This document shows positions 1 through 13,820 of a stretch of 64,000 nt of DNA, piece after piece. Location: NCBI GenBank assembly GCA_030390025.1, contig CM059427.1, forward strand, positions 22,630,001 through 22,694,000, given 5' to 3'. A program made the translations under genes and the position numbers. This stretch comes from Squalus acanthias (Eukaryota). The notes under the pieces were generated by a model. That model was not told the DNA's origin and did no database searches. It saw nothing but the letters and a program-made list of their open reading frames with translations. How positions within the stretch are numbered: position 1 is the first letter of the stretch; the number at the start of each line of letters is the position of its first letter.

Positions 1-274
1 CATTTGTTTTTTTTTTCTTACCATACAATCGAAATAGATTCATCAATTAATTTTCAGATATAAATATATTTAATTGAAATATGTAAAAAGCAAATTGCAA
101 TTAGCTATCATGTTTATAGGTAAAACATCAGGCCAACATTCGCCTTTTCCTTTTAAACAGAAACATTCATTTGGGTGCGTTCATTTTTGTATTTTAGTAC
201 ACTAGAAACTATTTCTTAAATGGCTAGTCGTGCAGACGCATAATACACGAGCCAGGGACAGTAAACTGCAACAT

Positions 275-363
275 AAACAGAAAATGCTGGAAATGCTCAG
301 CAGGTCAGGCAGCATCTGTGATATTTCAGGTTTCCAGCATTCGCAGTATTTTGCCTTTTGTAC
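275..363. mobile_element. Internally deleted copy of a shark hairpin retroposon
   Basis: AAACAGAAAATGCTGGAAATGCTCAGCAGGTCAGGCAGCATCTGTG plus tail ATTTCAGGTTTCCAGCATTCGCAGTATTTTGCCTTTTGTAC; matches the left arm and tail of the complete element at 53354-53568. Confidence 0.85.
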
Positions 364-1144
364 AGTAAACTGCAATGTTTGCTTTTCATTGTATTTCAGA
401 GATCAACAATATTTGTATCATTTGTAGCCATTGGTGACATTCTGTATTAGGTCTGCTTAAATAAACTCAAATAGTCTTTCATTTTTTTTATTTACAACAT
501 TTCATATAAGGCTTTTATTGATTTGAGTAAAAACACATTCTAACACGTGGTTACCATGAAATGTCAACTAGTTTGTAACCTTAAAACAGAATTATTAACA
601 TTACAACTGCTTTAGACATCTCTAGCTACGGTATGTTATAGTTAACTGATGAAATACAATGGAAAAAGTAAAATAATAAATATGCATTTCTTCTTTTCAT
701 GAGAATACACACAACTTGAACAATTTTGGTTAGTTTGGCTAAAAACAGCAAAAGAAAATACTATATTATCTGATTGACCCATCGCTGTGAACGAACGATT
801 GTTCTATTTCAGCCCTCTATTACCCCGGTTTATCGTTTAAAATGAGCACACTGCTCCCTTTTGCCCTGAATAGCCCGCAGAACCAAGCTTCTTCCGTTGG
901 AACTGAATAACACAAATGCTGAGGTAAGAATGTTCCTTAATAAACATTACGCCCATGTTTCCTGCACAACCGTGTCACCTTAAATCTGATTCTACGTCAA
1001 TCGTAATAAGGACAGTCTGGTTTCCACATAAGAACGGCAGAACTGTCCCCTCATTCTTGCAGTCCCTCCTTGTGTAAATAAATATCGACTAAGGCAATGG
1101 ATAGTTGGTCGAAGAGAATCCATCAGAGTAAGCTGTATTCATAG

Positions 1145-1377
1145 TCACAATAAAGGGTTACCAGTAAAAAAGTGCAGGCGGTCTCTGCTAAGTTTCTTTT
1201 CTTTCATTCTTCGATTCTGGAACCAGATTTTGACTTGTCGGTCGGTGAGGTTTAACATTCTCGACAACTGCAGGCGTTTTTCTTTGTTTATGTAGACATT
1301 GAAGAAAAACTCTCGTTCAAGTTCCCGGATTTGATATTTGGTATAAGGACATCTTTTCTTTCTGGATCGCAGAGCAG
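1145..1377 (-). CDS. HOXD11: HoxD11 exon 2 (homeodomain)
   Basis: Not in the ORF track. Acceptor cccatcag|CT; translates (T)[76 protein letters not shown], a PG11 homeodomain; TGA at 1145-1147. Confidence 0.97.
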
Positions 1378-1940
1378 CTGATGGGAATATGTTAAAACAT
1401 AATGTTACACATTATCATATACCAACAGGCGTGTTCTTACTTTCTTGTACTTAGTTAAACTAAACGTGAAACGATGCAAAAAAAGTTCGTGATTGACTCT
1501 TCTAATATACCCTGATAGCACTATTTATTTCTTCATAAAGTTTTTTTAATGAATATATTTGATTGCATTTTCTTTTACGACTTTTGTTTTTGTTTATATA
1601 CATATTGAAAGCAACAATAGCAGAAAACATCACAAATGAAACCTTGCCTTGTTGATATGAACGAAAAGTATTTGCAATGAATAGAAACGGAAATACCCTC
1701 CGATCAAATTGCAATGACATTACCGAAATCATTGCAGAAAGTTAAAATCAACTATTCGTGATTTTGCAGATTCAAAAAGCCCACCTAAACTGATTTCCCA
1801 TCGTAAACAACCTTTACAACTTTAAAGCAGATCTTATAGGGTATATAAAATCCTTCGTCTGCTTATAAAATTTCACATAAAATCTGTGAGACAAAATGTG
1901 TTGGCCCTGTATTCTAACCCCGGGTTACTACTGCACCTAC

Positions 1941-2544
1941 TGGATAGGCTGCCTTTCTCGGCCGCACTGTTACCGGAGGATTCGACGGTGCTCTTTTCGG
2001 TTGGACTTTCTTTCTCCTGGCCGGAAGAAACTTTATCAGATGCTGTGATAGTCTGGCACGTAGACAAGGACTTTTCGGTCAACTGTTCATAATTAGAAGA
2101 GTCAGAAATCCCATAGGCTGTCTCAAAAAATTGATCAAAACCTTGAGGAAGTATTCCATTCCTGCCAACTGTGGTGTAGAAATTGCAAGATGGATTTGAG
2201 CTTCCACGCTGACTGTATACAGTATCATTTTTAAACAACATTCCCGTCCTGGTCGGTGGCTGGATATAGTCCCTATGCATTATTTCTTCTGCAGAGCAAT
2301 AAGGAGCATAATTGCCCCTGTAATGCCACTTAGTCGGATGTTCTAACCCGTAATCTCTGAACGACACTTCTCGGACAGGTTGAACCTGGGCTAAATTAGA
2401 GGAATAAGGAAATGTCATTTGGCAAGAAGTGGTCTGCGGTAAAAACGTTGACACTGACGAGAAATCTGGGGCTGAAACATAGTACGTGCAGTTGGGTAGA
2501 TACATACTCGAGGTGCAGCTACTGCGGTCTTCAAACTCAGTCAT
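1941..2544 (-). CDS. HOXD11: HoxD11 exon 1
   Basis: [30 protein letters not shown]...[12 protein letters not shown]...[19 protein letters not shown] are Hox11 N-terminal motifs; phase-1 donor A|GTAGGT fits exon 2; 278 aa total; D cluster by synteny with Evx2 and Lnpk. Confidence 0.96.
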
Positions 2545-2654
2545 GTTTTGTTTTCGGGGTTGCGAGGACGAATTAGCAGGATTGATGGCGTTAAACATGC
2601 TCCATCTATTCTACTCTAAAGGCGTATGAACGGGGTCCGCGAAAGAAAAAAATT

Positions 2655-2720
2655 GGAAACGTAAGCTGACGTGCAATTCATCTTGATTGATTCTGAGGGT
2701 AAACGAGTCATGTGATCCAA
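2655..2720 (-). promoter_or_regulatory. HoxD11 proximal promoter block
   Basis: TGACGTG (2667-2673), TGATTGAT Pbx-type site (2684-2691) and TCATGTGA, 120-170 bp upstream of the ATG. Confidence 0.55.
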
Positions 2721-5359
2721 TGTAGAAATTACCATATATCAGTTTTGGTCATTAAGATCCATCCTTAGGAACTCGTAGGTAATACTCTCGAAATGAGCCT
2801 ATCGGCTGTTATGCGCTGCAAGGTCTGTCTCCCAGTTCCAAAGATTTGTGCTCTGACTAAAGATAAAACAAACACTATAACAAAAATGTAATTTACACAG
2901 CATAGTCTGTCACAGATGCCTTTCTATTTTTGGAAACTTGAAAAACATCACTGGTGTTTCATTAGCTGTCCAGTTCATATTCATAATATAAAGCCATATT
3001 CTGACAAACAGGCAGAATATAAATATTACATTTTAAATATTACAGCATTCCACGGGCAACAAAGAGGATTTCCAAGCTATTTTGTGTTGGTGAACCGAAT
3101 TACAAGATACAGACTAAACTATACTTCAAGGTCGGATTAATGTGTGAATAGAATTTTCATTATGTCTCATATTAAGGAACTTAAGTGGAATGTGTATTAA
3201 AGTAAAGGACGATAACGGCACTATTCACTTAGGTATTTTGAACACAGTGATTTCTAGCCGTTCCCTTCAATTTATAATATCGAGGTTGGCACATTGACAA
3301 GAATATGCAAATGGTAGCCATTCCCTACTGCCAAGCTTATTACGTTACATCTCCAAAACGATTTTTCTTCATCAAAAACTTATGATCGTATTTGGAAAAA
3401 ATATATATTATTATTTACATTACGCAAAGTAATCGCCCAGTGACCGTGTGGATTTAACACCATATTCAGTATAAACCGTAAATATGTAAATTAAACAAGA
3501 TTTTGAAGTTTAAAGCACCACTTTTGTACTAACATCAGAATATGGCTGCACTATAATATTTAGATTATTCCCAAAATACCAGGATTTCTCGGTCTGTAAT
3601 TTTCTCATTGTAATGTCAAAAGTTCATATTCATGATTTGCATAAATTACGAAATACATATTTGCAAATAAAAACTTACGTTATTGAAGCTGGAAAGTGAT
3701 TTCGGTACTCTAAAAATTAAAACAAGCGCATTTTCGAGTTATTCCGTAATCTTCCCCATTGTCAGATTTTATATCATTCTTTTCAAAATAGATTAATTTG
3801 CATGAGGGTGAGCTTCTTATTTGAAAAGTGCTTGAATCTACATATGTGGATTGTACTCTGCCCTTTTAAGTGACGACCACACAAGCGAAAGTAAAACCAG
3901 CGGATGCTAGTAGGTAACTGTTAAATCCGAATTGATTTAAGGGGAAAAGAGCTTCACGGGGAAAATAATCCTATTTAATTATGCCAAAATTTCTATTCAT
4001 GTACATATTTACTTTTATACATTCATCAAAGAATACTTGTCATTATCCATACGACCAAACAGCACGTTGTTTTACGATCAATATTTGTTTACTTTTGTCA
4101 GATTAAAATACACAAAGTATTATGTCTGTATCTGGCCGATTAGATCAAGATTCTGTATAATCAACTCAGGTAATCTGAGGATAAACCCCAGGTTCTACTT
4201 CCCCGAATGAAAGCATAATGGAAACGTATATATTGTTGATTATTGAAGAAACAATTTTTTGGTTGTAGAGTAATTTTCCTAAAATATAGATTCAAATGAA
4301 TGATTTGAAAGCAACAAATGGGATTCGTTTGCTCCATTAGCACCAAACTTGAACACACATATATAAAATGTGATATCCGGTCGTTGTCAGCATAAAGCAT
4401 GTGACAATGTATTGTTTTAATTAGTGAGAACCAAAACGCAGTGTTGTCTTTGTGTATTGTAAAATAATAATAATAGTTAACCTCATATTAAATCAAAGAT
4501 TGAAATCTCCTAATGTAACACAACGGGGTGATCTAGCCTGTCGTCAGTGGTCACTGATACAGGAAAATAAGGTAAAGCCACATTAAACTGTGAAACAGCA
4601 CGTCGAGCATTATTCCTGCACAATAATTTGAAATGCGACACCCCTATCTAACATATATTCATGCATTTTTAAATGTTGCGTTGGAATGTAATATTTCCTT
4701 TGTATAATTAATAAAAGCATCATCAGTTGTGTGTTCTGTTCATAGATGATAGAATTCGCTTAATTATGCGCTGGTTATAATATGACTTTTGTTGTTCCAT
4801 ATAATAGCTGTTAAACTTAAATGCACTGGCAATGGTCTCGATGTAATTTCCAAAAATTAACTGTTAGAAAAATACATATTAGTACAAATTGGGCATCAAA
4901 TAGCATTAGTCAATGGTGCTAAAAGATCCGGTTCAATAATGTGGCAATAGCCGTAAATAGAAAGGGAATTAAAAGTGTCCTTTGTTCTCGTCTCGTGTTC
5001 AGATGACCAGTTCGGCCTGTTTTGAATACTAATTGTCGACAAATACCTAAAAAGCTGCTTAACGTTGATGAGGAATCAAATGCGGTTCTGGTATACTAAG
5101 CCAAGAGTTTTATAGTATATAAGTTAGGATCGTTATTCTCTTACATACAGGCAACAAAAGGCGATGTACGAAGCAAGTTTGTCGGACGTATTTTTTTCTT
5201 ACGCAATTCTTCAAGTCGACGATCTGCTGTTTCTCGTTGACTTTCCTGGCAACATTTTAGCTTCTTCTTTGCTTTTTTGCACTGCACGCAACATTAAGTA
5301 TTTCGAATGTGAAAAAAAAAATCTCATTAGTCAAGCAAAGTCCACGATCAGTAGGTAGG

Positions 5360-5480
5360 TTAGACTTGTGCAGTCCAAAAAGAGACACTAACTTGACCTT
5401 AACTTTGTTATGGCGCCCCCAGTATCTGGAGAACATGTACAGACACCGTCTGGCAGCTCGACCCATAAAAGTGAGATGAA
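5360..5480. promoter_or_regulatory. Candidate conserved element between HoxD11 and HoxD12
   Basis: DR0-like AAGTTA-AGGTCA on the minus strand (5394-5405), GGCGCCCCCAG (weak CTCF-like) and CCCATAAAA (posterior Hox/Cdx site) clustered in an AT-rich background. Confidence 0.45.
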
Positions 5481-8400
5481 AAAGAGATTCCGAGCAATTC
5501 GACGTAATGTCGGACAAATTCCCAATTGCAAATACTACTCCAAATATAATAACCTTGTTACAGCAATACATTTCGATGCTACAGCAATTTACTTTAGTTA
5601 CAATTATCCAACAAATGAATGTAAATAAGAGCCTGGAATGATGTGCCACATTATTTGCACTCGCGGTGTAATACACACGGAAAGCATTCCAAAATTCAGC
5701 ACCACGCTCAGGACTGATCATTCCCCAAAACGCAGCAACAGCCGTTAGAAAAGCATAGCGATAGTCATTTTTGGTCCGTTTCTAATTCAATTTGGAAGTC
5801 AATTCACAGTTCCGAAATACTGGGGTCTCTGTTTTTAAATGAATACTTGAACTAGAAGTGCAATCGCGGTAACAACGGTAATATTTTCAATATTAGCCGA
5901 TGCATGGTTTCATTGATTTTAAAATATATCTTACATATGGATGAATATGCATTAAAATATGTAGGACCTTCTAGAGTCTGGTACGACATACGTAATTTCC
6001 GACGAATTGGTGGTTGAATTTGTTTCGAATTATTTTCTAACGTGGCGCTTGCGGACGTCCTAGTGCTCAGTAGAAGCTCCCTCAGAATCATTCGCCCATA
6101 CTGCAAACCTACGAGGCGTTTTTATTAGATTACACTGTTTCTAAAACAAGCTCATCAAATTCGATAGATTCGATAGATTTACGCTAATTCTACTTTAACT
6201 TTCTAAAAAGTGAGCAATGTATTTGTAAACTACTGCATGCATTCGTTTTAATTGTATTTAATAGCAGAAGTACGTACGATTTTATGCGAACGTTTTGCAA
6301 ACTTAGTGCAATGGAATTTGATGGAATCTTTGAACATTTAAATACATATTTCACGTCCAGTGGTTATGCAGGAACCTCGACTTCAGAGTAGCCTAGTTTA
6401 AAGTATTCTCTTCTATAGCACCTGCCTTTCTGAAATATAAAAAAGGTCTCGACAATAATAGTAACCTTTCTTTTCATTGCCACGGTCCAAACAATGTAGG
6501 AAAGTGTTCTTGTATGTAACGTCTGGGCTGCAGATATCTGCATTTCTTTCATGTACTTGCTACAACCATGAAGCCCAGGGACTAGGGACATGAAAAGTCG
6601 CTTTGACACGAGCAAATAATTGAATAACAACCTGGGATCAATTTAATTTCACTAAAATAATTTTAAATATGTGCGTGCATTGTTTGCACCGCAAGTCTCA
6701 TTTACATATTTTGCCTGAAAAATCTCTTTGAATTTCATAAGCATGTTTTCATCGCCCCCAGACCTAATTGTCGACATATTATCTTGATATATTTAAGTCC
6801 CATGAAACGTTGTTCGTGAATCCCAAATAGGTAAAGTCAGTAAAATGAAATATTTAATTACATTTAATCTGAGAATATATCTTTGCGTTGATATAGTTCA
6901 ATAAAGGTTCTTAAAAGGTTCATGAAATCGTACGGTGCATGTTTAATTAATGGGAGTCCAGACAAATGGCGGGGTTTGATGTAACTGGCTGTTTTCTGGC
7001 CACCCACGTCCTGATTTGCTAGAATGAGAAGCGAAGTGGCTGCATCTCATTCATTCTCGTTTACATCGTCTGCTAACTGCCCAAACTCAAGTATAAAAAC
7101 TTTGTCCATCAAACCTCATTCATTAACAAGCATAACTTATTTACATCAAAACAAAATTTGACACCTTTAAATTAATTAAAAATCTACCATACTTGAAGCC
7201 GTCAAATCAACAAATTCACGAAGTAGGACGCGACAATGGCGTTGCCCATAAAAGGAAAGTGAAATAATAATTATCAAAGGGGTTGATAGCACTTGACTCC
7301 ATTCTCTAAAACCCAAACATTATTTCCATAGTTCAATACAAACAGTAATTTCGATGAAAAGTGTGTCCCAATTGCGAGTTGAATCGTCGCCAACCTGTAT
7401 AAAATTGATGAACAAAAGTCTCATTCTCGTTTCAAGTGAAACAAGTACGTGACGCCCTACACCCGGGTCAAATCATTTTCCAATTGCAGAAAAGAATAGA
7501 TGATTTTAGTTACATTATTTCGTGCAAGTTTGCCTTTAAATATTTGCACTTATGGTTACTTACTTTTTCTGGCGATTAAGAATGTGAATTATTATAAATT
7601 AATAGACACGTCTTACATAGAGGGGCCCATTACTATTTTGCTTCGAATAAAATAGCGGTCAGCCATAAGTAAAAATAGGAAGGTGTTAGGTAACAACGCT
7701 CAAACGAGAGAGTTAAATCGCTTGTTGCCAAATCAAAATCCAGTAGAATAAAAATAAGAGAGGTGACCACGGGATGTCTTTATATATTATGTAGTTTCTA
7801 TTGGTGCACTGATTTCAATTGAATATTGGTGCACAAGAACACAACTGAAAAGAAATATTTGTCTCATTTAATCTGGATTCGATCGCCTTTATCTTTCATC
7901 GTGCTCAGAATTTCCAAAACCCAAATTTGATCGGTAAACTCTGCGACATTATAAAGATCCTTTAGAAATGTGATTGACGAAAATTAGTTCGCGTGTGTAG
8001 TGATCAGCCAATACTGTTCCAACGATAATGCGATCATTTGAAAACGATTGATTACGACACTATGAACCCTGTAATGTGTCTATACGGCGATTCATATTTT
8101 CCAATCCTGTAACTCATGCATCAGGTGCATATGTTGTGTTCTGAATTAATCGCTAGTGTATAAATATTGAAACTTATTCAGAAATTAGGCGTTCAATGTT
8201 ACTGGAGTAAAAGAACTGCAATAAATCAATTGTAGAAAAAAAGTTGGAGAGGCGTGTTTCTTTATTTTTATTGTGTTCAATATGGGCCTTTAGAGAACCC
8301 AAGAAAAATACAGTTCCATAACAGTTTATCACCCGTGTGTTTTATTTATTATTTTTAATTTCTGGCACCGTTGCTTATTTATTTTATTCTATTCACCGGA

Positions 8401-9291
8401 TTCACGTGTAATTTTAGCAAAGCAACTCTGAACTGCGAAGCCGAGGTCGTCGCAGTTTTGAAAACCACACCGCACCAACTATACTGAAGTCAGACACAGA
8501 ACTTCAACGAGCACCTTTCCTTTCTTCTAATTAAAATTCACACATATCGCTATCACTTATCCCATAAACGCATTGTTTTCGACAAACACATGTATTACTC
8601 CTGGTTAGGTATACATCCTTATCAGATCTCCACACACCTTTGAATTAATCCGCTTTCCGGCTCCAGCTTCACAGCACGATTACAAACCAACATGAGTTGT
8701 ATATACAAATGAAAAATTGCTTCGTCGTTCTTTTTATTAGATCTCAATTTACATAGGTAGAGTGCATGCATAATATTTCTATATTTAAGATTAAAATACG
8801 AATGTTCCATTCCAATTACCTGTTGTACTTACATTCTCAAAATGCAGAATATCTGCTTGTTACTCGAGTGGACAGTCATGTGGCAATTTAAACAAATTGA
8901 GGAAACAAAACAATTACAAATGTCTTTGAAACTAATAAATGATGATGAGAAGATGTCGGCACGTTATCCGCGGACAGCGAAGTACAGACCATAACAAGTC
9001 AAATTTGTGCCTTGCGATCAATTTCCTGCTATAGCAAATGTTCACGAGGTATCCATAGTTTGCATCTCAGTCCCTGTATGTTGCTGATGTTTAACTAAAC
9101 CAACACGCCCTGGACTAGTGGCAGTGGCAATGTAATGTTAGATTGCTGTTTTATATGACAGCACATCAAAGGAGCACCTATCCATTAAAACAATGGATAT
9201 TCTTGATCTACATGCTTTCTGCAAGCAAGCTTAATTACCATAAAAAGTTCAATTCACGACCTTGAAACTCACATTTGAACTTTACTTTGGC

Positions 9292-9530
9292 CTAAAAGAG
9301 TGAGAGTGTTTGTTCGCGCATTACAAGTCTTTTCTTTTTCATGCGCCGGTTTTGAAACCAGATTTTTACTTGCTGGTCGCTCAGATTCAGTCTATCGGAC
9401 AACTCTTTCCTCTTCTGTCGATTGATAAACTCGTTCGCAAGAAATTCATTTTCAAGTTCAGCTATTTGTTGCTTTGTGTACGGCTTGCGTTTCCTCCTTG
9501 ACCTCACTTGGGTTGGACACCAGGGCAGCC
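9292..9530 (-). CDS. HOXD12: HoxD12 exon 2 (homeodomain)
   Basis: Acceptor tttgcag|GG; (G)[78 protein letters not shown], a PG12 homeodomain. Confidence 0.97.
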
Positions 9531-10274
9531 CTGCAAATCGAAATTGAGAAAAAAAGGCTGAAGTAATTGAAACATTTCACCACCCCTTCCACCCCAAAAT
9601 GATTTAAAATTTCAGTGTTAATTTAGACAATAACTTTGTTGGCATTGCAGCATTCCTATTGTTGCTCTTATTAGAAATGATGTTAAAACTTCGACAAAAC
9701 AATAAAACATTGTCTATTTTTGTGACCCTTGGTCTTTATAAATAAAGAACAACACTGGTAAACTATTACGTGACACGATAAGCTAGTTAAATAGCACAAA
9801 TAACATATTTAAATAAAGCATTCAAACATCATAATATTCTGTAGTCTTTGCCGTAGAAAACTCGCCAATTATAAATCCGAACAAAGGAATTTCCCTGAAA
9901 TATTGGCTTTTAATAAAATGGCGAAAGATTCAGGACACAGTTACGATTTCTTCATGATTTAAATGTTAGCTAGAACTTAAACTGAAGTGTTTAACGTTGC
10001 AATTTTACTTGTTATTTAGAGTAATTTCAGCTATCACACATGGACTGCTCCCATGCTTTCAGTATTGTGTTTCATTATCTCGTCCTAATCATTTTTGTAA
10101 TTACAATAATTATTTTCCTGATGGTTCTGATTGCAATAAGCGCCAGTGTTCCGGGATCATTATTTGATGTTCAATATTTGAAATTCACGTGAAGGTGACA
10201 GGTAGCACTTTGGTAAAGGAGGGATGCTGCAGTTTTCAAATGATCATCGCTTTAATATTACACTGATACTATAC

Positions 10275-10854
10275 CATCGGAGGATCTGTTGCATACTGGC
10301 GTTACTGATGACTGTAATGACATATTGAGGCTCACACATTGCTTGATGCCTTCATTTACAGTGGGAGAGTTGGAATTCAATTCAAAGCCTTGATTATGTA
10401 ATGACGAGCCATGCAGAGATGTTTCCACGTTTGGGTACTCGTACTTGGCAGGATTGATGTTGACTGAAGAGGGGATGCTGGCATCACTTGGATAAGACTG
10501 ATTGTGTCTGCATCTCTCCTCCAGTTTTCGACTGCTGTCTTGGAAGAAGTATTTGTTAGGCTCTTCGCCGGCTGCTGCCTTGTCTGATCCGTGCCTATTG
10601 ATGCTGATGGAGACTGAGTTGCTGAGATAGGACTGAGAGTAGCCGCTGAAGGCGCGGCTCTGCGGCGGCGATGCGCATGGACTCGAAGTCCACGGGAGCG
10701 AGCACACCTCCCTGCGGGTATAGGAGAGTGCTGGCGACAGAGTTGCCAGTTGAGCCCCATTCGGACGCAGGTTGGGGAAGTAGAAGGGCTCCGGGCTGGT
10801 AAAATTTAACAGGGAGCCGACATAGCCTGAATTTAGCAGATTGTGCTCGCACAT
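10275..10854 (-). CDS. HOXD12: HoxD12 exon 1
   Basis: MCEHNLLNSGYVGSLLNFTSPEPFYFPNLRPNGAQL is the Hox12 N-terminus; phase-1 donor G|GTATAG; 272 aa total; the 5' part and promoter are CpG-rich. Confidence 0.96.
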
Positions 10855-13722
10855 TTCCGAGGAGCGCGATCAGATCTTCTCTGTCCCCTATTTAGCTTCC
10901 AGACAGAGATAAACGAAAGGCGCTCGCCGATTGGCTCCGGGAGAGTCACAAGACAAGCGGAAGCAGCTTTTTTTCTGGCACCGCCTCCGTTCCAATACAA
11001 CTCACATCTGAAATAGCCAAGTCCACGTCCATGTGCACCTTCATCCCACACAACGGCAGCTCACGGGACGCAACTCGCTGAATTCAACAGGATGCATAGT
11101 TCAGAAAAATTGTTATAACGTAATAAATTGGACATACAGTTTCAATAGATCTCCGAACATTTCACAGACTGCACTGATTAACCGTTCTGTTAGTTACGTT
11201 ATATTTGATTAATAAAGCTTTAAATATCCGAAATGCTCATGTGTTCTCTTGACTATTTCAAACCAGTTTCAATCATTCTTGAAAACCAAATACCTAAAAC
11301 CGATATGATGCATTAGCAGAGATAATGCGCTATTTTAACGGGTGATAATTCGTAACATCTACTTAGGTCGAATAAAAAATGCAACATGTTCATTAAAAAT
11401 GTCGGTAGATTTTTATATTTCAACGCATTACTTTTAGCTCTATATTAGCGACTATTTTTTTGGGCAGTACTAATTCCTACGAGAAGCACATTTATGTTTA
11501 AATCAGGCACGCTATATATTTTATTTTATTTCATTTTGTTAACAAAAGACAAATAAACAAGTGAACGTTAGTGCAAATTATCTAAAGAATTTAGAAATTA
11601 TATTCCGTGCCTAACTAATTGAGGGACGGTTTAAAAAATCGAATAAATCAACTAATATACTGAATACAATGCGCCAAGACTCATTTAGATTTTTAACAAA
11701 AAAAAATGCGCATTCATAAAATTAAACAAAGCCCTACATCAACATTGTGTTTACTGTAATGTAAGTAATGGTCATGTTCTAATTATCGTCGTTGAATTCA
11801 ATTATCTAAGACATTTTTGATAACAATTCAGTAACTTTATTACAATAAAGCGTGCTATGCATTATTAGGCGGAAACTAAAATGGTCCAGTTCTTAGTCTG
11901 TCCACATTGGATTAGAATAATGTTGCGCAGTTCTATTGTGTTGAATATGTGCCGCTCCATGTGAAAATATTGAAGTTAAATTCGGTTGTGTGTCTGTGTT
12001 TATAATGCGTATATTTCAGTAAAATCCAGTAGATTGGTCGTGGCAACCCTTAACATATTAGACTGCAAGATTTTAGTTTTTTTTTAAATCTTAAGATTTC
12101 CTAAAAATGCTGCCCGTTATTAGAGCACCGCAAACCCTCATTTCATACTTAGACAAAGCAAATGTTGAAACAAGACTGTTGGAGTAAATGCCAATATTTG
12201 CAACGCTGGTGTCAAAGCCAAAAGAAAGGACTCACTCTCTTGCATCTGCTAACTTCAGAATTTCTAGAAACTTATTTTAAGCAGAATTTACAGACCTATG
12301 CGCGATCTATTAAATCTATCAATGATTAAAACATTAATGTGGGTGTTATCCATTTAACATTTTAACTAATAGTACTAAAGTTTATCGATAGCAAAGCAAA
12401 TGGAATAGAATTCAATATAATGCGTCTACCTTATCGAACTATGCAACTAATTCTGGGGCCAAATGTGACTTTAGATAATTAAAATTCACACATAGCTCGC
12501 ACGATTTATTTCTAGCGTCGCATCGACTGCAGAAATGTAATATTTTAAAATATTTTTTGTTTACACTGTTAATAATTGGCGGTCTATAATTTAACAATTT
12601 ACCTTACTCTCTAATGTATATATTTAGCTATTTACAATATGACACGAATTGGCCCTTTCAGTTAAAATCATGTGCAATAAAATCAAAGCAGAGACCGCCA
12701 CCACATCCTCACCGGAAAGAAAAACCACTGTTTCTCCTCTGTCCCTTTTATGATCTCACGTCGCCCTAAAAAATGCCGAACGGGGTTTCTTTAGTAAGAC
12801 ATTAAAATCCAAACGCAATTGCGAACAAAGGCGCTTAACCGAAGGCGGGCCTCTACCTAACATTTCTTGTAAAAACTCGAAATAACTCCAAGAAATTAAA
12901 CTGTAGCTCAGTTCAAGGTCAATGTCGAGTGAAATCAAATCGCCATATTTTTTTTTAGAAAAGATGTTAACTTCGTTTTAGTGCGAAATGTGTTTTCGAA
13001 TGAAGAGCCACTTCAACTTGAAATCAGTATCACATCGGCCACAATTGGGGTTTTCATTAGAATTAATGTAGCCAAGGAATGAAATCGGGTAAAGAATCCT
13101 CACTTTACACTTCCCACAACAAACGCTGCTTTATAGTTAGTGATGTTTTCTCAAAACCCTCATTCGATCACGTTTAATATTTAAATACTGGTTATGAAAT
13201 TCTATCATAACGTATATAAAAATATCCTGAAGAAAACTACAATCGAGCAATTTATCTGTTACATATTTCTTAGAAACTACCGCTACAGTAAGGCTAATTT
13301 ACTTACATTCTTTATTCACAATAGAACACCAATCCCGGGTGTGCTTGGTTATCCGGGATGTGAACACTAAATAGACCAACATGTAGAAAATGCAAGCGGT
13401 GTATAAGTTCGTGAAAACACGCTAAATTTAAATGATGTAAAATAATAAACCTCAAATTATTAACACGTTGAACACCGGACCTCGCAAAGCTTACATAGCT
13501 TGGGTTGAAAGACTTACTTTCTCGCGCATTTCTTGCAAAATAGGCAATGCTGTTGTCTAAGTTGTCAATACAACCTATCAATAAGTTCTTGGATGTAAAG
13601 CCAAACTGTTGGCCGAAATAGTACTTCTGACACTGGTTTGCAGCGTAAAGTACGAACGACCATCTTGTGGCCCGCGCTTCGATTGTAACAACTATGTTGC
13701 TTCATGTTTTACAGCAGGTTAT

Positions 13723-13736
13723 CCAGCAGATGGCGA
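13723..13736 (+). promoter_or_regulatory. CTCF core motif between HoxD12 and HoxD13
   Basis: CCAGCAGATGGCGA matches CCASYAGRKGGCRS at 13 of 14 positions; it points towards Evx2/Lnpk. Confidence 0.7.
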
Positions 13737-13783
13737 ACTAGCTCTGCGATCAGGGTCGTCTTCATTATTCATGATGCTAAATA

Positions 13784-13820
13784 AAGTCAAGGTCAAAGAC
13801 TATAACCATAGTCAAGGTCA
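13784..13820 (+). promoter_or_regulatory. Tandem DR0-like / extended nuclear-receptor half-sites
   Basis: AAGTCAAGGTCA (13784-13795) and TAGTCAAGGTCA (13809-13820), 25 bp apart. Confidence 0.6.

Noticed and set aside
2545-2598. Upstream in-frame ATG extending HoxD11 by 18 aa
   Set aside because: The recognisable Hox11 N-terminus begins at ATG 2544; no support for the extension, though it cannot be excluded.
5257-5721. 154-aa minus-strand ORF between HoxD11 and HoxD12
   Set aside because: No recognisable domain or splice context; it overlaps a probable regulatory element.
7022-7051. 8-bp stem GAATGAGA/TCTCATTC as a possible miRNA
   Set aside because: Too short for a pre-miRNA; no miR-10 or miR-196 mature sequence was recognised in the window.
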